Of a stretch of 64,000 nt of DNA, positions 46,332-55,491 are shown piece after piece. This stretch comes from an uncultured Ardenticatenia bacterium (lineage in GTDB: Bacteria > Chloroflexota > Anaerolineae > 4572-78 > NAK82), in contig CAKZLO010000033.1 in NCBI GenBank assembly GCA_937127125.1, positions 69,217-133,216 of the forward strand. The letters are read 5' to 3'. The notes beneath the pieces were generated by a model. That model saw only the letters and a list, made by a program, of their open reading frames with translations, searched no databases and was not told the origin of the DNA. Every line of letters starts with the position of its first letter. Positions within the stretch are counted from its first letter, which is position 1. The translations under genes and the position numbers were made by a program.

Positions 46332-47669
46332 CTATATCTCCATCACGCGTCGCCACACCCCCTTGGCCAGCTCACGGGCGCGTGCCGTGATGGCGGCTTC
46401 GTCCAATGTGAGCAGCTGGCGATCACGCATCAGCAGCTGACCACCACAGATGGTGTGCGTCACCTGGCTGCCGTCCATGCCGAACACGATGTGCCAAGAG
46501 AAGTTGCCATCGGTCAGCGGTGTAAAGGGGTAGTAGTCCAGCAGGATGATGTCAGCCAGCGCACCTGGCTCGAGCGCGCCCAAAGGCTTGTCCCAGAAGA
46601 GGCGCGCCAGTTGTGCGTTGTTGGCAAAAGCCATGCGCATTACCTGGTCGGCCGGCATGGCGCGTGGATCCCGCGCGTGCAACTTGTGCACCAAGTAGGC
46701 GACGTGCATTTCGCTAAACATATTGTTGGAGAAACCATCATTGCCGAGTGCCACATTGATGCCGCGATGCAGCATGTCGGTCACATCAGCAACTCCGACC
46801 GCATTGTTCATATTACTGCGCGGCTGGTGGGTGACGTGCGTGCGGGTAGCGCGCAGCGTTTCCCGTTCGTAGCCGTCCACGTGGACGCAATGCACTGCAA
46901 TGGTCTGTGGCCCCAGCACCCCGAATTTCTCCAGGCGTTCCACAACGCGCATGTTGTGTTTCTTCAAGCAGTCGCGCTGGTCGGCCATGTCCTCCGCCAC
47001 GTGGAGATGCAGCCCCACGCCCAGCGCACGCGCTTCAGCCACACAGGTGGCCAACGTCTCGTCCGACAGGGTCATGCTGGCGTGCATTCCGAACGAAGCA
47101 CCCAGACGTGGGTGGGGGTTCTGGCGCAGTTGGCGAACGAAGCGCACGTTTTCAGTGATGCCGGCACGCGCGCCAGCAACACCATGGCGGTCGGTTACTT
47201 CATAGCACAGACTGGCCCGCACACCGGCCTGTTCGACGGCCTCGGCGATGGCATCCAGTGAGCCTTCGATCGCGTTGGGGCTGGCGTGGTGATCGATCAG
47301 TGTGGTGGTGCCATGGCGAATGGCATCGACCAGACACACCAGGGCGCTATAGGTGCAATCCTCAAGTGTCAGCACCCGGTCGATCTTCCACCACAGTTTC
47401 TCAAGAATCTCTGGGAAATTGGAGGGAGCCTCGCCCGGGATCGCCATTCCACGCGCGAAGGCGCCGTAGAAGTGGGTATGCCCACAGATCAAGCTGGGCA
47501 TCACAATTTTGCCTGCAGCGTCCAGCTTTTCGGCATGGGGATAGCGCAAGATCAGTTCAGCGGTGGAGCCGACGTCCAGGATCGTGTCGCCTTCATAGTA
47601 AACTGCACCGCTGTGTATGACACGTGGCGTCGTACCAAAGGTGATAAGCGTACCATTGGTGATCAGCAT
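46332..47669 (-). CDS. Amidohydrolase-superfamily aminohydrolase (SsnA/chlorohydrolase-like)
   Basis: Start moved to ATG 47669 (SD GGAGGGAA). MLITNGTLITF...MPSLICGHTHFYGAF (HxH metal motif), HVAE, and GNDGFS. Confidence 0.8.
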   Translation of the reverse strand: MLITNGTLITFGTTPRVIHSGAVYYEGDTILDVGSTAELILRYPHAEKLDAAGKIVMPSLICGHTHFYGAFARGMAIPGEAPSNFPEILEKLWWKIDRVLTLEDCTYSALVCLVDAIRHGTTTLIDHHASPNAIEGSLDAIAEAVEQAGVRASLCYEVTDRHGVAGARAGITENVRFVRQLRQNPHPRLGASFGMHASMTLSDETLATCVAEARALGVGLHLHVAEDMADQRDCLKKHNMRVVERLEKFGVLGPQTIAVHCVHVDGYERETLRATRTHVTHQPRSNMNNAVGVADVTDMLHRGINVALGNDGFSNNMFSEMHVAYLVHKLHARDPRAMPADQVMRMAFANNAQLARLFWDKPLGALEPGALADIILLDYYPFTPLTDGNFSWHIVFGMDGSQVTHTICGGQLLMRDRQLLTLDEAAITARARELAKGVWRRVMEI

Positions 47670-47714
47670 TTGAGGCTTTCCCTCCAAAGTGGTGGGTGTT
47701 ATTGACAAGTTATA

Positions 47715-47736
47715 CCTGCGAAAACACCTCGATCAT
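47715..47736. repeat. 22-bp direct repeat, copy A (vestigial 3' end of the LLM gene)
   Basis: CCTGCGAAAACACCTCGATCAT is identical to 48657-48678. On the minus strand it reads ATGATCGAGGTGTTTTCGCAGG + TATAA, encoding MIEVFSQV-stop. Confidence 0.9.
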
Positions 47737-47775
47737 TATGCACAGATTGCTCAGCCCCACATTACTGCCCTGCCG

Positions 47776-48381
47776 CTATTCCGAGACCTCTTCGTTGTTG
47801 CCGGGCAAGGTCTCTATCAGTTGCTCAAGGAGGTTACGAATTCCCAATCTGTCGGCAAGGTCGCGCACAGCAGCCACGTTCAACGCCTCCCCCTGTATGA
47901 GCAATATTCCTCTCGCATCGCGCAGATGTTTGTCCGATCCAGTCTCACGATAGGCTATGAGTTTGGCAATGACAATATCCTCGGGGGCAATGACATATGC
48001 AGAGCGCCCGCTCTCGTCCAGTTCAAGCCGTTGGCGACGCTGGAATGCCAACCTTGTAAACAGGTCATCTGGCAATGGGATTAGATCGACCTTGGCCCCT
48101 GTAGATGGCTGAATAACATTAAAGGGGTATCGCCGCTGCAATGAATCGCGTATCGCTTCTTCACTGGCATAGTAATCAGGAATAGGGAAGCGTTCCACAA
48201 ATGGCGACACATCTGCTGGTTTCATATCTACAACGATATCTATGTCAATCGTTAGCCGCGGCTCGCCGTAAAGTATCGCAGCGAATCCTCCTACGACCAT
48301 ATAGGGAATCCCCAGATGCTCGAGTGTCTCTATCACATACATGAAGAAAGATCGCAGCTCGTTCTCGGTTGCCCGTTGCAT
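47776..48381 (-). CDS. Minimal nucleotidyltransferase-fold protein (toxin-antitoxin-like NTase)
   Basis: LGIPYMVVGGFAAILYGEPRLTIDIDIVVD matches the pol-beta NTase signature (GG ... DxD). 201 aa. Confidence 0.6.
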   Translation of the reverse strand: MQRATENELRSFFMYVIETLEHLGIPYMVVGGFAAILYGEPRLTIDIDIVVDMKPADVSPFVERFPIPDYYASEEAIRDSLQRRYPFNVIQPSTGAKVDLIPLPDDLFTRLAFQRRQRLELDESGRSAYVIAPEDIVIAKLIAYRETGSDKHLRDARGILLIQGEALNVAAVRDLADRLGIRNLLEQLIETLPGNNEEVSE

Positions 48382-48385
48382 GGTG

Positions 48386-48655
48386 TCATCTGCCTATGTT
48401 GGGGTTCCCCTGTATTCGTCGTGTCACCAGCCAGGCAAGCTCCTCATCGGATAGGTCGGGATGCCGTCGCCGTTCGCTTGCGCGTATCATGTCTAACACT
48501 ATCTGATAAATCTGGCAGGCGATGTCAAACCGGCGTGCTGCGCTCATCGCCCGCCAGATGGAAATTTGCTGCGGGCTGGTCTCCCCCAATTGGCGACGCA
48601 ATCCACCCACGCGGTTATTACCGACGGGTGAATAAAGCGTTTCAACCGTACTCAT
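48386..48655 (-). CDS. Small helical protein, partner of the NTase (89 aa)
   Basis: The ATG overlaps the LLM stop (ATGA) and it ends 4 nt before the NTase gene. No recognisable motif. Confidence 0.5.
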   Translation of the reverse strand: MSTVETLYSPVGNNRVGGLRRQLGETSPQQISIWRAMSAARRFDIACQIYQIVLDMIRASERRRHPDLSDEELAWLVTRRIQGNPNIGR

Positions 48656-49650
48656 GCCTGCGAAAACACCTCGATCATCAGGTATGGATCGCCCAACGGA
48701 TAGAGCACGGGGCAGGTGCAGCCATGGGCGATGTACTCATTCACTTTGGCCTTGACCTCCTTGGGTGTGCCACTGGCAGTGATGCGCTGCACCAGCTCAT
48801 CCGGCACGAACCGCATAGCCTCCTTTATCTGTTCCTTTGTCGCTGGCCAGCCCAAGATGTTCTGGATTTGCTTGACCACCTCTTCACTGACGCCACTCGC
48901 CTGTGCGATGTGCGGCTGCTGCGCCAGATATTGGGTGAGCAGTGCCCGTGCGCCATCCAACGCCACTGCCTTATTGGTATGCACAGAGCAGACGATCAGC
49001 TGGGGTCGATCAATCTCGTCGAACTTGCGACCTGCGCGCTCGGCACCTATCCGCAGGTGTTCCAAGGCTGGATCGTTGTATTCCACCGGCACGCAATAGT
49101 TGAGCAGCACCCCATCTGCGATCTCGCCGGCCAGCTCCATCATCTTCATCCCTGTTGCGCCGATCATCAGCGGCACATTCCGCGGCTCGCGTCGCCCGTG
49201 CACTACATCCAACTCGATCCCGGTGACATGGATGAATTCGCCGTGGAAGGTGACGTTCTCCATGCGCAGCAGGCGACGCACCACCTCGATCGTTTCGCGC
49301 ATGGCCACCAACGGTTTCTTGCGCTCGATGCCCACGTTCTTCGCCAGCGGATCCCACCATGCGCCGATGCCGCAAATGATGCGGTTGGGGGCCAGATCGT
49401 CCAGTGTCAGCAGCGTGGCAGCTAGCAGGCCCACATTGCGCGTCCAGTTGTTGATCACTCCTGATGCCACCTTAATGCGTTCTGTGACCGCGGCATAGGC
49501 GGCCATGGGCACAATCGCGTCGCGCACCAGCCGACTCTCCGCCTGCCAGACAGCTTCGAAGCCGTGTTTCTCAGCAAACTGTGCCAGCTTCATCCCCTCG
49601 CGAATGGGGTGAGCGTCTTGCAAATAAAGTGCTACCCGTTGCTTGGCCAT
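48652..49650 (-). CDS. Luciferase-like monooxygenase (LLM) class, probably F420-dependent oxidoreductase
   Basis: [45 protein letters not shown] and the TIM-barrel LLM layout. The cofactor is inferred from family and the nearby FNO gene. Confidence 0.75.
   Translation of the reverse strand: MAKQRVALYLQDAHPIREGMKLAQFAEKHGFEAVWQAESRLVRDAIVPMAAYAAVTERIKVASGVINNWTRNVGLLAATLLTLDDLAPNRIICGIGAWWDPLAKNVGIERKKPLVAMRETIEVVRRLLRMENVTFHGEFIHVTGIELDVVHGRREPRNVPLMIGATGMKMMELAGEIADGVLLNYCVPVEYNDPALEHLRIGAERAGRKFDEIDRPQLIVCSVHTNKAVALDGARALLTQYLAQQPHIAQASGVSEEVVKQIQNILGWPATKEQIKEAMRFVPDELVQRITASGTPKEVKAKVNEYIAHGCTCPVLYPLGDPYLMIEVFSQA
48657..48678. repeat. 22-bp direct repeat, copy B (functional 3' end of the LLM gene)
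   Basis: CCTGCGAAAACACCTCGATCAT. On the minus strand it encodes MIEVFSQ(A), the last residues of the LLM oxidoreductase. Confidence 0.9.
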
Positions 49651-49683
49651 GCTTGTCTCCTGAAAGTCTCTAAGCCTAGCGTG

Positions 49684-51042
49684 TCATCCGCCTTTGGCCA
49701 TTTGAATCGCCAGCTCATTGTGACGCGCGATAATGCGCTCTACATCGAAGTTGGGGATCTGGCCATTCTCGACGACCACACGCCCGTTGATCACCGACAA
49801 GTCCACATTGGGGGGTGCGCACAACACCAGAGTGCCAACCGGATCATGGCAGGCAGCGCCAGCGAAAGACAGACGGTTGAGATTGATGCCGATGAAATCG
49901 GCTGCCTTGCCCGGCGCCAGCATACCGATGTCATCACGCCCCAACACACGCGCACCACCCAGCGTGGCCATTTCCAAAGCCTCGTCCACAGTGAGTGCAT
50001 CCGCACCCTTGAGAACGCGTTGCAACAACAGCGCCATGCGCACTTCGGCCAGCATGTGAGATGAATCGTTGGAAGCGCTGCCATCCACCGCCAAGCTCAC
50101 CTTTACGCCGGCATCCAACATTGCACGGATGGGTGCAATGCCAGAGCCCAGCCGCATGTTGGAACTGGGACAGTGTGCCACACCGGTGCCTGTCTCGGCC
50201 AGCAGACGAATCTCGTCCGCGTTGAGGTGGACAGCATGCGCATACCACACATCCGGTCCCACCCAGTCCACTCGTCGCATGTACTCCACCGGCCGGCAAC
50301 CGAATTTCTCCAGGCAAAAGCGCTCCTCGTCCTGTGTTTCGGCCACATGGGTGTGCAGCGTCAGGCAGTGTGCGCGTGCCCAGGCAGCTGCGTGTTTCAT
50401 CGTCTCAGCAGTGACCGAGAAAGGCGAACAGGGCGCCACTACGATGCGCAGCATTGAGTAGGGATTGGGATCGTGGAACATAGTGACCAGACGCTCACAG
50501 TCGGCCAAGATCTGCTCTTCCGTTTCCACAATCTCGTCAGGTGGCAAGCCACCCTGGGAACGGCCCAGCGACATGCCACCGCGGCAGGGATGAAAACGCA
50601 CTCCCAATTCGCGCGCCGCACGAATCTCATCTGCATGGTCGGCGTCGTTGGGCACCAGGTAGAGGTGATCACTTACTGTGGTGCACCCCGAGAGGAGCAG
50701 TTCTGCCAAACCCACCAGGGCGCTGTAATAGACTGCCTCGGCGTTCAGACGTGCCCAGATGGGGTAGAGATACACGAGCCAGTCGAACAATTTCGCGTTT
50801 TGTACCGCGGGCATGGCGCGTGTCAATGTCTGGTACAGATGATGATGCGTGTTGATCAGACCAGGCAGCACCACCATATCCGAAGCATCGAGGATGCGGT
50901 CTGCCTGTGTGGGAAGTTCTGCGGTTGGCCCGACGGCTTCGATGACATTATCCCGCACAAAGATTCCACCATTCGGGATCTTGCGGCGCGCATCATCCAT
51001 CGTCACCAGCAAGCGGGCGTTTTTCAGGAGCAGAGTACTCAT
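49684..51042 (-). CDS. Amidohydrolase-superfamily deaminase (8-oxoguanine/guanine deaminase-like)
   Basis: Trimmed to ATG 51042. MSTLLLKNARLLVTMDD...LPGLINTHHHLYQTL (HxH), HVAE, and DGSASND. Confidence 0.8.
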   Translation of the reverse strand: MSTLLLKNARLLVTMDDARRKIPNGGIFVRDNVIEAVGPTAELPTQADRILDASDMVVLPGLINTHHHLYQTLTRAMPAVQNAKLFDWLVYLYPIWARLNAEAVYYSALVGLAELLLSGCTTVSDHLYLVPNDADHADEIRAARELGVRFHPCRGGMSLGRSQGGLPPDEIVETEEQILADCERLVTMFHDPNPYSMLRIVVAPCSPFSVTAETMKHAAAWARAHCLTLHTHVAETQDEERFCLEKFGCRPVEYMRRVDWVGPDVWYAHAVHLNADEIRLLAETGTGVAHCPSSNMRLGSGIAPIRAMLDAGVKVSLAVDGSASNDSSHMLAEVRMALLLQRVLKGADALTVDEALEMATLGGARVLGRDDIGMLAPGKAADFIGINLNRLSFAGAACHDPVGTLVLCAPPNVDLSVINGRVVVENGQIPNFDVERIIARHNELAIQMAKGG

Positions 51043-51151
51043 TGCAGCAGTCCATCCATTTGACGGCAGCACATAGCAACAGCCAACGCAGAAAGTATCT
51101 CGTAAGCAGCTGAGAAGATTATACACGTATGAAAGTGATCTGCCAATGAGC

Positions 51152-51180
51152 TTGTGTCATGGCCTGATGCGTGGTATAAT
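51152..51180 (+). promoter_or_regulatory. Extended -10 promoter upstream of the bifunctional-nuclease gene
   Basis: TTGTGT (51152-51157), 17-nt spacer, TGgTATAAT (51172-51180). This implies a ~155-nt leader. Confidence 0.5.
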
Positions 51181-51343
51181 TACTATTGTGTTGCAAAACA
51201 CAGCGGATTAGCGGGGCAGCGGCAAAAGATGCCTTGAGCAAAACTGGTTGCTAAGACAGGCATGTAAGCTCCATCTGTAAGATGGTAGCTGCTAGCGTAC
51301 AGCCCCCCGTATTACCGAGGGCTTGAGTTGGTAGGAGGGGAAC

Positions 51344-51850
51344 ATGATCGAGGTTGTGATCGAGAGCGTGCGGGTTAGTTTAATGTCGCAGGATCGGATG
51401 GTTGTGCTCAAGGAAGTTGATCGCAACCGTTATCTACCTATTTGGATCGGTCCCTTCGAAGCTGACGCGATCACCATTCATTTGCAAGGCGTGCAGGTAG
51501 CGCGTCCCCTGACCCACGATCTTCTGAAGAATTTCATCGGGGCGCTGGGGGCAAAGGTATCTCATATTGTGGTGAACGATCTGCGCAACAATACCTTCTT
51601 CGCGGAGATCACAGTGGACAATCACGGCAAGGAGCTCAAAATTGATGCGCGACCCAGTGACGCCATTGCCCTGGCGGTGCGTGTAGGCGCTCCGATCTTT
51701 GTGTCCGAGAAAGTGATGGAACAGGCCGGTATCACCCCCGAGGAGGAGATCAGCGAGAGCGAACAGGCCCCCACTGCCGAGGAAAAGGAAGACCTGGAAG
51801 TCTTTCGTGACTTTGTCGAATCCCTCGATTTAGACGACCTAGACGAGTGA
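51344..51850 (+). CDS. Bifunctional nuclease (BFN/DUF151) family protein
   Basis: [24 protein letters not shown]...ARPLTHDLL...[14 protein letters not shown], plus an acidic tail. Confidence 0.8.
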   Translation: MIEVVIESVRVSLMSQDRMVVLKEVDRNRYLPIWIGPFEADAITIHLQGVQVARPLTHDLLKNFIGALGAKVSHIVVNDLRNNTFFAEITVDNHGKELKIDARPSDAIALAVRVGAPIFVSEKVMEQAGITPEEEISESEQAPTAEEKEDLEVFRDFVESLDLDDLDE

Positions 51851-51920
51851 GAGCACTTGCTCTGTTCTTTTTGATCCCCTTTCTCAGTGCACGCTATACA
51901 GATGGGCGGATGGTTGAGCG

Positions 51921-53294
51921 ATGAGCGAGCCACCGCGAAGCGGACATGAGAGGCAGCCACCAGCTAATGTGGAGGCGGAAGAGGCAGTGCTGGGAGCACT
52001 GCTGATTGACCCGGATGCCATCCTACGCGTGGCAACTTTCCTCCAACCACCTGATTTCTATGTACCGCGCCACCGGGCAATCTTCCAGGCAATCCTCGAT
52101 CTGTATGAGCGCCGTGAGCCAGCTGACCTGGTGACATTGACCGACGAACTCGAGCGACGCGGACAACTGGCATCGGTCGGTGGAGTTGCATATCTCACTG
52201 GTTTGATCAACGCCACACCCACCAGTATCCACGTGGAGTACTATGCTCGCATCGTGGAGCGCACTGCTGTGTTGCGCCGACTGATTCACGCGGCCACTGA
52301 GATAGCCAAGCTCGCATACCAGGATACTGAAGATGTAGACAGCGTTGTGGATCGGGCGGAAAGTCTTATTTTCTCTGTTTCGGAGAAGCGCATCGCGCGC
52401 GATCTGGTGCCCATCCGCCAGGTGCTCGATCAATATTATGACCGCATCGAATACTTGATGCAGCATCAGGGGGAGATGGCAGGCATCCCTACAGGCCTGG
52501 TTGACCTGGACAAATTATTGGGAGGCTTGCAGCGTTCTGATCTGATCATCATTGCCGGACGGCCTGGCATGGGCAAGACCAGCTTGGCCCTTTCCATCGC
52601 ATTACAGGCAGCGCGTCGCTGGCGGAAGCGCATTGCGATTTTCAGCCTGGAGATGAGCAGTGAGCAGGTGGTGCAGCGCCTTATCAGCGCCGAGACAGGC
52701 ATTGATGCCCAGCGTCTGCGTCTGGGGCAGATTCACGAGGATGAGTTCAACGTCTTCGTGGAAGCGACAGGCATACTCTCAGACATCCCGATCTTCATCG
52801 ATGACACGCCAGCCCTCTCGGCGATGGAAATGCGCGCCAAAGCGCGCCGCCTGCACGCCGAACATGGCCTGGACCTGATCATCGTGGATTACTTGCAACT
52901 GATGCGCGGTGAGCTGGGCAGCGATGGGAATCGCGTTCAGGAGATCAGCTTTATCTCGCGTGCTCTCAAGTCACTGGCGCGCGAGCTCAACGTGCCCGTG
53001 GTGGCGCTTAGCCAGCTGTCCCGCGCGGTCGAGTCGCGCCAGGACAAACGTCCCGTGCTCTCCGATCTGCGCGAGAGTGGGAGCATCGAGCAGGACGCCG
53101 ACGTAGTCATCTTTGTCTATCGTGATGTGGAGCACAACCCTGATACGAAGTTCCCCAACTTGGCTGAGATACGCGTGGCCAAACATCGCAGCGGGCCAAC
53201 GGGCATCGTGTCTGCCTATTTCAAGAAGGAGCTGGCGAAGTTCGAGAACGCCGAGGTGCACCGCGAGGTGTTGGGGCAGATGGTGGAAGGATAG
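51921..53294 (+). CDS. dnaB: Replicative DNA helicase DnaB
   Basis: [18 protein letters not shown], Walker [19 protein letters not shown], and SQLSRAVE. No intein. Confidence 0.93.
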   Translation: MSEPPRSGHERQPPANVEAEEAVLGALLIDPDAILRVATFLQPPDFYVPRHRAIFQAILDLYERREPADLVTLTDELERRGQLASVGGVAYLTGLINATPTSIHVEYYARIVERTAVLRRLIHAATEIAKLAYQDTEDVDSVVDRAESLIFSVSEKRIARDLVPIRQVLDQYYDRIEYLMQHQGEMAGIPTGLVDLDKLLGGLQRSDLIIIAGRPGMGKTSLALSIALQAARRWRKRIAIFSLEMSSEQVVQRLISAETGIDAQRLRLGQIHEDEFNVFVEATGILSDIPIFIDDTPALSAMEMRAKARRLHAEHGLDLIIVDYLQLMRGELGSDGNRVQEISFISRALKSLARELNVPVVALSQLSRAVESRQDKRPVLSDLRESGSIEQDADVVIFVYRDVEHNPDTKFPNLAEIRVAKHRSGPTGIVSAYFKKELAKFENAEVHREVLGQMVEG

Positions 53295-53302
53295 TCAGGC
53301 GT

Positions 53303-54007
53303 ATGAGCATGCGGTTTGAGGGATTTCCTGCGGGAGAGTTGCAGTACATCACGGTGCCCGATCTGTTTTTCACGGGTTTGGTGCCACTGGTGGATGATCT
53401 GGGCGAATTGAAAGTGATCTTGCATATGATCTGGCTGCGGCAGCGCCGGGGCAAGCAGGTGGTCACAGAAGAGGAACTGAGTACGGATGAAACTCTCATG
53501 GCCGGTCTCAGCGCCCTGGAAGGTGATCCTGCGGAACATCTTCGCGATGCGCTGAGGCGCGCCGTGCAGCGTGGCGCCCTGCTGTGTGAAGTTCTGGAGA
53601 CACCAGATGGGCAGCACAATGTGTACGCCCTGAACAGTGCCGGTGGACGAGATGCGATGGAACGGGTACGCCAAGGGAAGCTGGGCGTGGAGCGAGTCGT
53701 GCTTACGGAGCGTCCTGTAACACGACCGCGCCCCAACATCTTTGAGCTCTACGAAGACAATATCGGTCTCATCTCACCGCTCCTGGCCGATGAGCTGCGT
53801 GAGGCGGAGGCAACGTATCCGGCTGACTGGATCGAGGAGGCATTTCGCATCGCGGTTGAAAACAACGTCCGTAAATGGCGTTATATTCAGGCGATCTTGG
53901 AGGGCTGGGCGACCCGAGGCAAGGATGATCGTTCGGCAGCGCGCCGTGCCGAATCGGAGAAGCGTTGGTATACGGATGAAGAGTTCGAACGGTTCTTCAA
54001 ACATTGA
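53303..54007 (+). CDS. DnaD-domain replication/primosome protein
   Basis: C-terminal region NIFELYEDNIGLISPLLADELREAE...WIEEAFRIAVENNVRKWRYIQAILEGW is a DnaD/DnaB_2 (PF07261)-type pattern. Confidence 0.7.
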   Translation: MSMRFEGFPAGELQYITVPDLFFTGLVPLVDDLGELKVILHMIWLRQRRGKQVVTEEELSTDETLMAGLSALEGDPAEHLRDALRRAVQRGALLCEVLETPDGQHNVYALNSAGGRDAMERVRQGKLGVERVVLTERPVTRPRPNIFELYEDNIGLISPLLADELREAEATYPADWIEEAFRIAVENNVRKWRYIQAILEGWATRGKDDRSAARRAESEKRWYTDEEFERFFKH

Positions 54008-55349
54008 GCGCGAGGTAAAACTTTCGGTGGTCACCAGACACCACCAGACTTGTCCCATTTGCGGAGGAGCAGGGTTCCTGCGCAAGGACGTGCCGGTGGG
54101 GCATCCCGAGTTTGGCAAGGTGGTTGCCTGTGAGTGCCAACGGCCACGCCTGGAAGCAGCGCGACTGAACGATCTGCGCGCGATGAGCAATTTGGAGGCA
54201 ATGAGCCGTTTTACTTTCGAGACCTTCAAGCCTGAGGGTGTCGGGCTCACGGAAGAAAAGCGACATAACCTGCGCAGTGCTTATGAGGCAGCTCGTGCTT
54301 TCGCGGCAAACCCCCAAGGGTGGCTGGTGTTGCTCGGAGGGTATGGCTGTGGGAAAACACACCTGGCAGCTGCGATTGCCAATGAGCAGCTGATTTTGGG
54401 GAGGCCGGTGTTGTTTGTCGTGGTGCCGGATTTGTTGGATCATTTGCGCGCTACTTTCAGCCCTCATAGTACTATCACCTACGATCGACGTTTCGAGAAC
54501 GTGCGTAATGTGACCGTGTTGGTCCTGGACGATCTGGGCACCCAGAGCAGCACTGAGTGGGCGCGGGAGAAGCTCTTCCAGATATTCAACCATCGTTACA
54601 ATCTGCGTCTTCCCACCGTGGTCACCTCCAACTGCAAGCTGGAAAGCATCGACGTCCGCATTCGTTCGCGCCTGATGGATCCTGACCTGGTACGCATTTG
54701 TCATATTACGGCGCCCGATTACCGGAGCAGCGGGAGTGAGATGCTTGGCTATGAGCTCTCGAGCCTGGAGCTGCACAGCGATCAGACATTCGACACGTTC
54801 AGCTTGCGAGAACGTGAGCTCACCCGTGAGCAGGTTGAAAACCTGGAGCAGGTGTTAACCTTCGCGCGGAACTATGCAGCTAACCCCGAGGAATGGCTGG
54901 TGTTGACGGGGGGCTATGGCAGCGGCAAGACCCACTTGGCGGCTGCCATTGCCAACGCGCGCCGTGCGATGGGAGATCACAATGTGCTGTTTGTAGTGGT
55001 CCCGGACTTGTTAGACCATTTGCGCGCCACATATGCGCCGGACAGTCATGTCTCCTACGATACGCGCCTGGAACAGGTACGCAATGCTCCCTTGCTCGTC
55101 TTGGACGACTTGGGCACGCACAGCGCCACGCCGTGGGCGCAAGAGAAGCTCTATCAAATCTTCAACTATCGCTATAATGCTCGTTTGCCCACTGTTATCA
55201 CCATTGCGGACGGGGTCAACGTGGACGAACGGCTCAAAGCGCGCTTGTTTGACGTGCGACATTGCACTATTTTGCGCTTGAACGTGCCCAGCTACCATGG
55301 CCAGACAGCACCCCCAACTGTGTTGCCGCCTCGTCGCAAGCGACGCTAG
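53976..55349 (+). CDS. Helicase-loader-like protein with N-terminal zinc ribbon and two tandem DnaC/DnaI/IstB-type AAA+ modules
   Basis: CPICGGAGF...CECQ, then module 1 (GGYGCGKTH 54336-54359, LVLDDLG, VVTSN). Module 2 lies 573 nt later (GGYGSGKTH 54909-54932, LVLDDLG, VITIA). Start is uncertain (ATG 53976 or GTG 54027). The 5' part of track ORF 53742.. overlaps the DnaD-like gene. Confidence 0.75.
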   Translation: MKSSNGSSNIEREVKLSVVTRHHQTCPICGGAGFLRKDVPVGHPEFGKVVACECQRPRLEAARLNDLRAMSNLEAMSRFTFETFKPEGVGLTEEKRHNLRSAYEAARAFAANPQGWLVLLGGYGCGKTHLAAAIANEQLILGRPVLFVVVPDLLDHLRATFSPHSTITYDRRFENVRNVTVLVLDDLGTQSSTEWAREKLFQIFNHRYNLRLPTVVTSNCKLESIDVRIRSRLMDPDLVRICHITAPDYRSSGSEMLGYELSSLELHSDQTFDTFSLRERELTREQVENLEQVLTFARNYAANPEEWLVLTGGYGSGKTHLAAAIANARRAMGDHNVLFVVVPDLLDHLRATYAPDSHVSYDTRLEQVRNAPLLVLDDLGTHSATPWAQEKLYQIFNYRYNARLPTVITIADGVNVDERLKARLFDVRHCTILRLNVPSYHGQTAPPTVLPPRRKRR

Positions 55350-55491
55350 GCACTTTCTCTGCACCTGAGTGTACGATTCCAGCTATGCCCACGAACATGA
55401 AGGCATCTTGAGTCCGCAATGGTAGAAGCGCATTTCGTCTTGCAGGATGGTCAAATCTGAGCAGAGGCGACACTTCAGCATCTGCGAGGAA

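Larger units (their letters stand above)
47737..48656 (-). mobile_element. Two-gene cassette bounded by the 22-bp direct repeats (inserted DNA candidate)
   Basis: 920 bp between identical repeats. It looks more AT-rich by eye than the flanks and splits an otherwise tight LLM-amidohydrolase gene pair. No recombinase is inside. Confidence 0.45.

Noticed and set aside
53742-53975. 5' part of track ORF 53742..55349 (MSSTKTISVSSHRSW...)
   Set aside because: It overlaps the 3' third of the DnaD-like gene in another frame, and its composition is Arg/Ser-rich. The loader most likely starts at ATG 53976 or GTG 54027.
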